NCBI GenBank assembly: GCA_016234365.1
Contig: JACRER010000080.1
Span: 2,619 to 66,618 of the forward strand
Source: Elusimicrobiota bacterium
GTDB lineage: Bacteria > Elusimicrobiota > Elusimicrobia > Elusimicrobiales > UBA9959
Direction of reading: 5' to 3'
DNA: 64,000 bases
Part shown: positions 63,023 through 64,000 of the stretch, piece by piece
Layout of the letters: every line of letters starts with the position of its first letter
How positions within the stretch are numbered: the first letter of the stretch is position 1
Translations under genes and position numbers: made by a program
Notes under the pieces: model-generated
Seen by the model: the letters and a program-made list of their open reading frames with translations, nothing else
Database searches by the model: none
What the model was told of the DNA's origin: nothing

Positions 63023-64000
63023 TTAGACCAGGCCCTGGGCCATCATGGCTTCGGCGACTTTCTTGAAGCCGGCCATATTGGCGCCCGCCACGTAGTTGCC
63101 GGGCATGCCGGCCTCTTTGGCGGCCGTCACGCAGGCGTTGTGGATGTTCACCATGATGCCGTGCAGGTGACGGTCCACCTCTTCGCGGCTCCAGCTCATG
63201 CGCATGCTGTTCTGGCTCATCTCCAGGCCCGAGGTGGCCACGCCGCCGGCGTTGGAAGCCTTGCCGGGGGCGAAGAGCACCTTGGCGTTCTGGAAGGCGG
63301 TCACGGCCTCGGGGGTGCAGGGCATGTTGGCGCCTTCGGTCACGCACATAACGCCGTTCTTTATCAGGGTCTTGGCGTCGTTCTCATTGAGTTCGTTCTG
63401 GGTGGCGCAGGGCAGGGCCACGTCCACTTTCACTTCCCACGGCTTCTTGCCCGCGTAGAACTTCGCGCCCTTGAACTTCTCGGCGTAAGGGGCCACAATG
63501 TCCTCGCCGGAAGCGCGGAGGTTGAGCATGTACTCCCACTTGTCGCCCTTTATGCCTTCGGGGTCGTGGATGTAGCCGTCGGGGCCGGAGATGGTGACCA
63601 CCTTGCCGCCCAGGTCGTTGACCTTCTGCACCGCGCCCCAGGCCACGTTGCCGAAGCCGGAGACGGCCACGGTCTTGCCCTTGAAGCTGGTGCCCTTGGT
63701 CTTAAGCTGTTCTTCCGCGAAGTACACCACGCCGAAGCCGGTGGCTTCGGGGCGGATCAGCGAGCCGCCCCAGGTGGTGCCCTTGCCGGTCAGCACGCCG
63801 GTGAATTCGTTGCGGATGCGCTTGTACTGGCCGAACATGTAGCCGATCTCGCGGCCGCCCACGCCGATGTCGCCGGCGGGAACGTCCGTGTCGGGGCCGA
63901 TGTGCTTGCAGAGCTCGGTCATGAAGCTCTGGCAGAAGCGCATCACTTCGGCGTCGGACTTGCCCTTGGGGTCGAAGTCGGAACCGCCTTTGCCGCCGCC
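63023..64000 (-). CDS. gdhA: glutamate dehydrogenase (C-terminal part; N-terminus lies beyond the window edge)
   Basis: FCQSFMTELCKHIGPDTDVPAGDIGVGGREIGYMFGQYKR, GFGNVAWGA, and C-terminal ANMAGFKKVAEAMMAQGLV are typical GdhA blocks. The reading frame stays open to position 64000. Confidence 0.9.
   Translation of the reverse strand, partial: GGGKGGSDFDPKGKSDAEVMRFCQSFMTELCKHIGPDTDVPAGDIGVGGREIGYMFGQYKRIRNEFTGVLTGKGTTWGGSLIRPEATGFGVVYFAEEQLKTKGTSFKGKTVAVSGFGNVAWGAVQKVNDLGGKVVTISGPDGYIHDPEGIKGDKWEYMLNLRASGEDIVAPYAEKFKGAKFYAGKKPWEVKVDVALPCATQNELNENDAKTLIKNGVMCVTEGANMPCTPEAVTAFQNAKVLFAPGKASNAGGVATSGLEMSQNSMRMSWSREEVDRHLHGIMVNIHNACVTAAKEAGMPGNYVAGANMAGFKKVAEAMMAQGLV

Overview
This is a GC-rich bacterial chromosomal segment. 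Third codon positions are almost all G/C, so long antisense shadow ORFs cover nearly every real gene. I call about 53 protein-coding genes. I saw no rRNA, tRNA or CRISPR array by eye.

Housekeeping and energy genes:
- rtcB
- an sdhC-sdhA-sdhB operon of the single-cytochrome-b type, followed by a class I fumarase
- buk-ptb (butyrate kinase and phosphate butyryltransferase)
- tdh
- serC, a short serA, and a DUF1015 gene
- uvdE flanked by two flavoenzyme genes
- a gdhA fragment that runs off the right edge

The rest is dominated by signal-peptide and lipoprotein genes of unknown function and by large mosaic surface proteins. These include a 1156-aa NHL/Fn3/transglutaminase/TPR protein, and a 1216-aa protein with about ten Fn3 repeats and a T9SS-like C-terminal sorting domain, sitting next to a PorV-like barrel.

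Observations most worth a second look:
1. A tightly coupled operon at 13414-19992 encodes a GNAT-like protein, a LuxE-like acyl-protein synthetase, a LuxC-like reductase fused to a PaaK-like adenylating domain, and an NMO/FabK-like flavoprotein. I cannot match it to a characterised pathway.
2. A conserved core of about 58 nt is enclosed by long but unrelated stems. It occurs twice (4524-4649 and 43935-44048), both times inside co-directional gene spacers and in the same orientation relative to transcription. An internal hairpin shows two compensatory base-pair changes, which suggests a structured RNA.
3. A lower-GC REP-associated tyrosine transposase (RAYT) at 32607-33512 is bracketed by four 27-nt REP copies. 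Their GGGGACG heads abut stop codons, and both junctions carry local tandem duplications. A RAYT-less perfect 28-bp REP pair at 22512-22623 also serves as a terminator.
4. Two tandem paralogous secreted proteins of unrecognised family are co-transcribed with an M15 (DUF882) peptidase.

The taxon cannot be assigned from this window. All family assignments come from motif recognition by eye and need HMM or BLAST confirmation.
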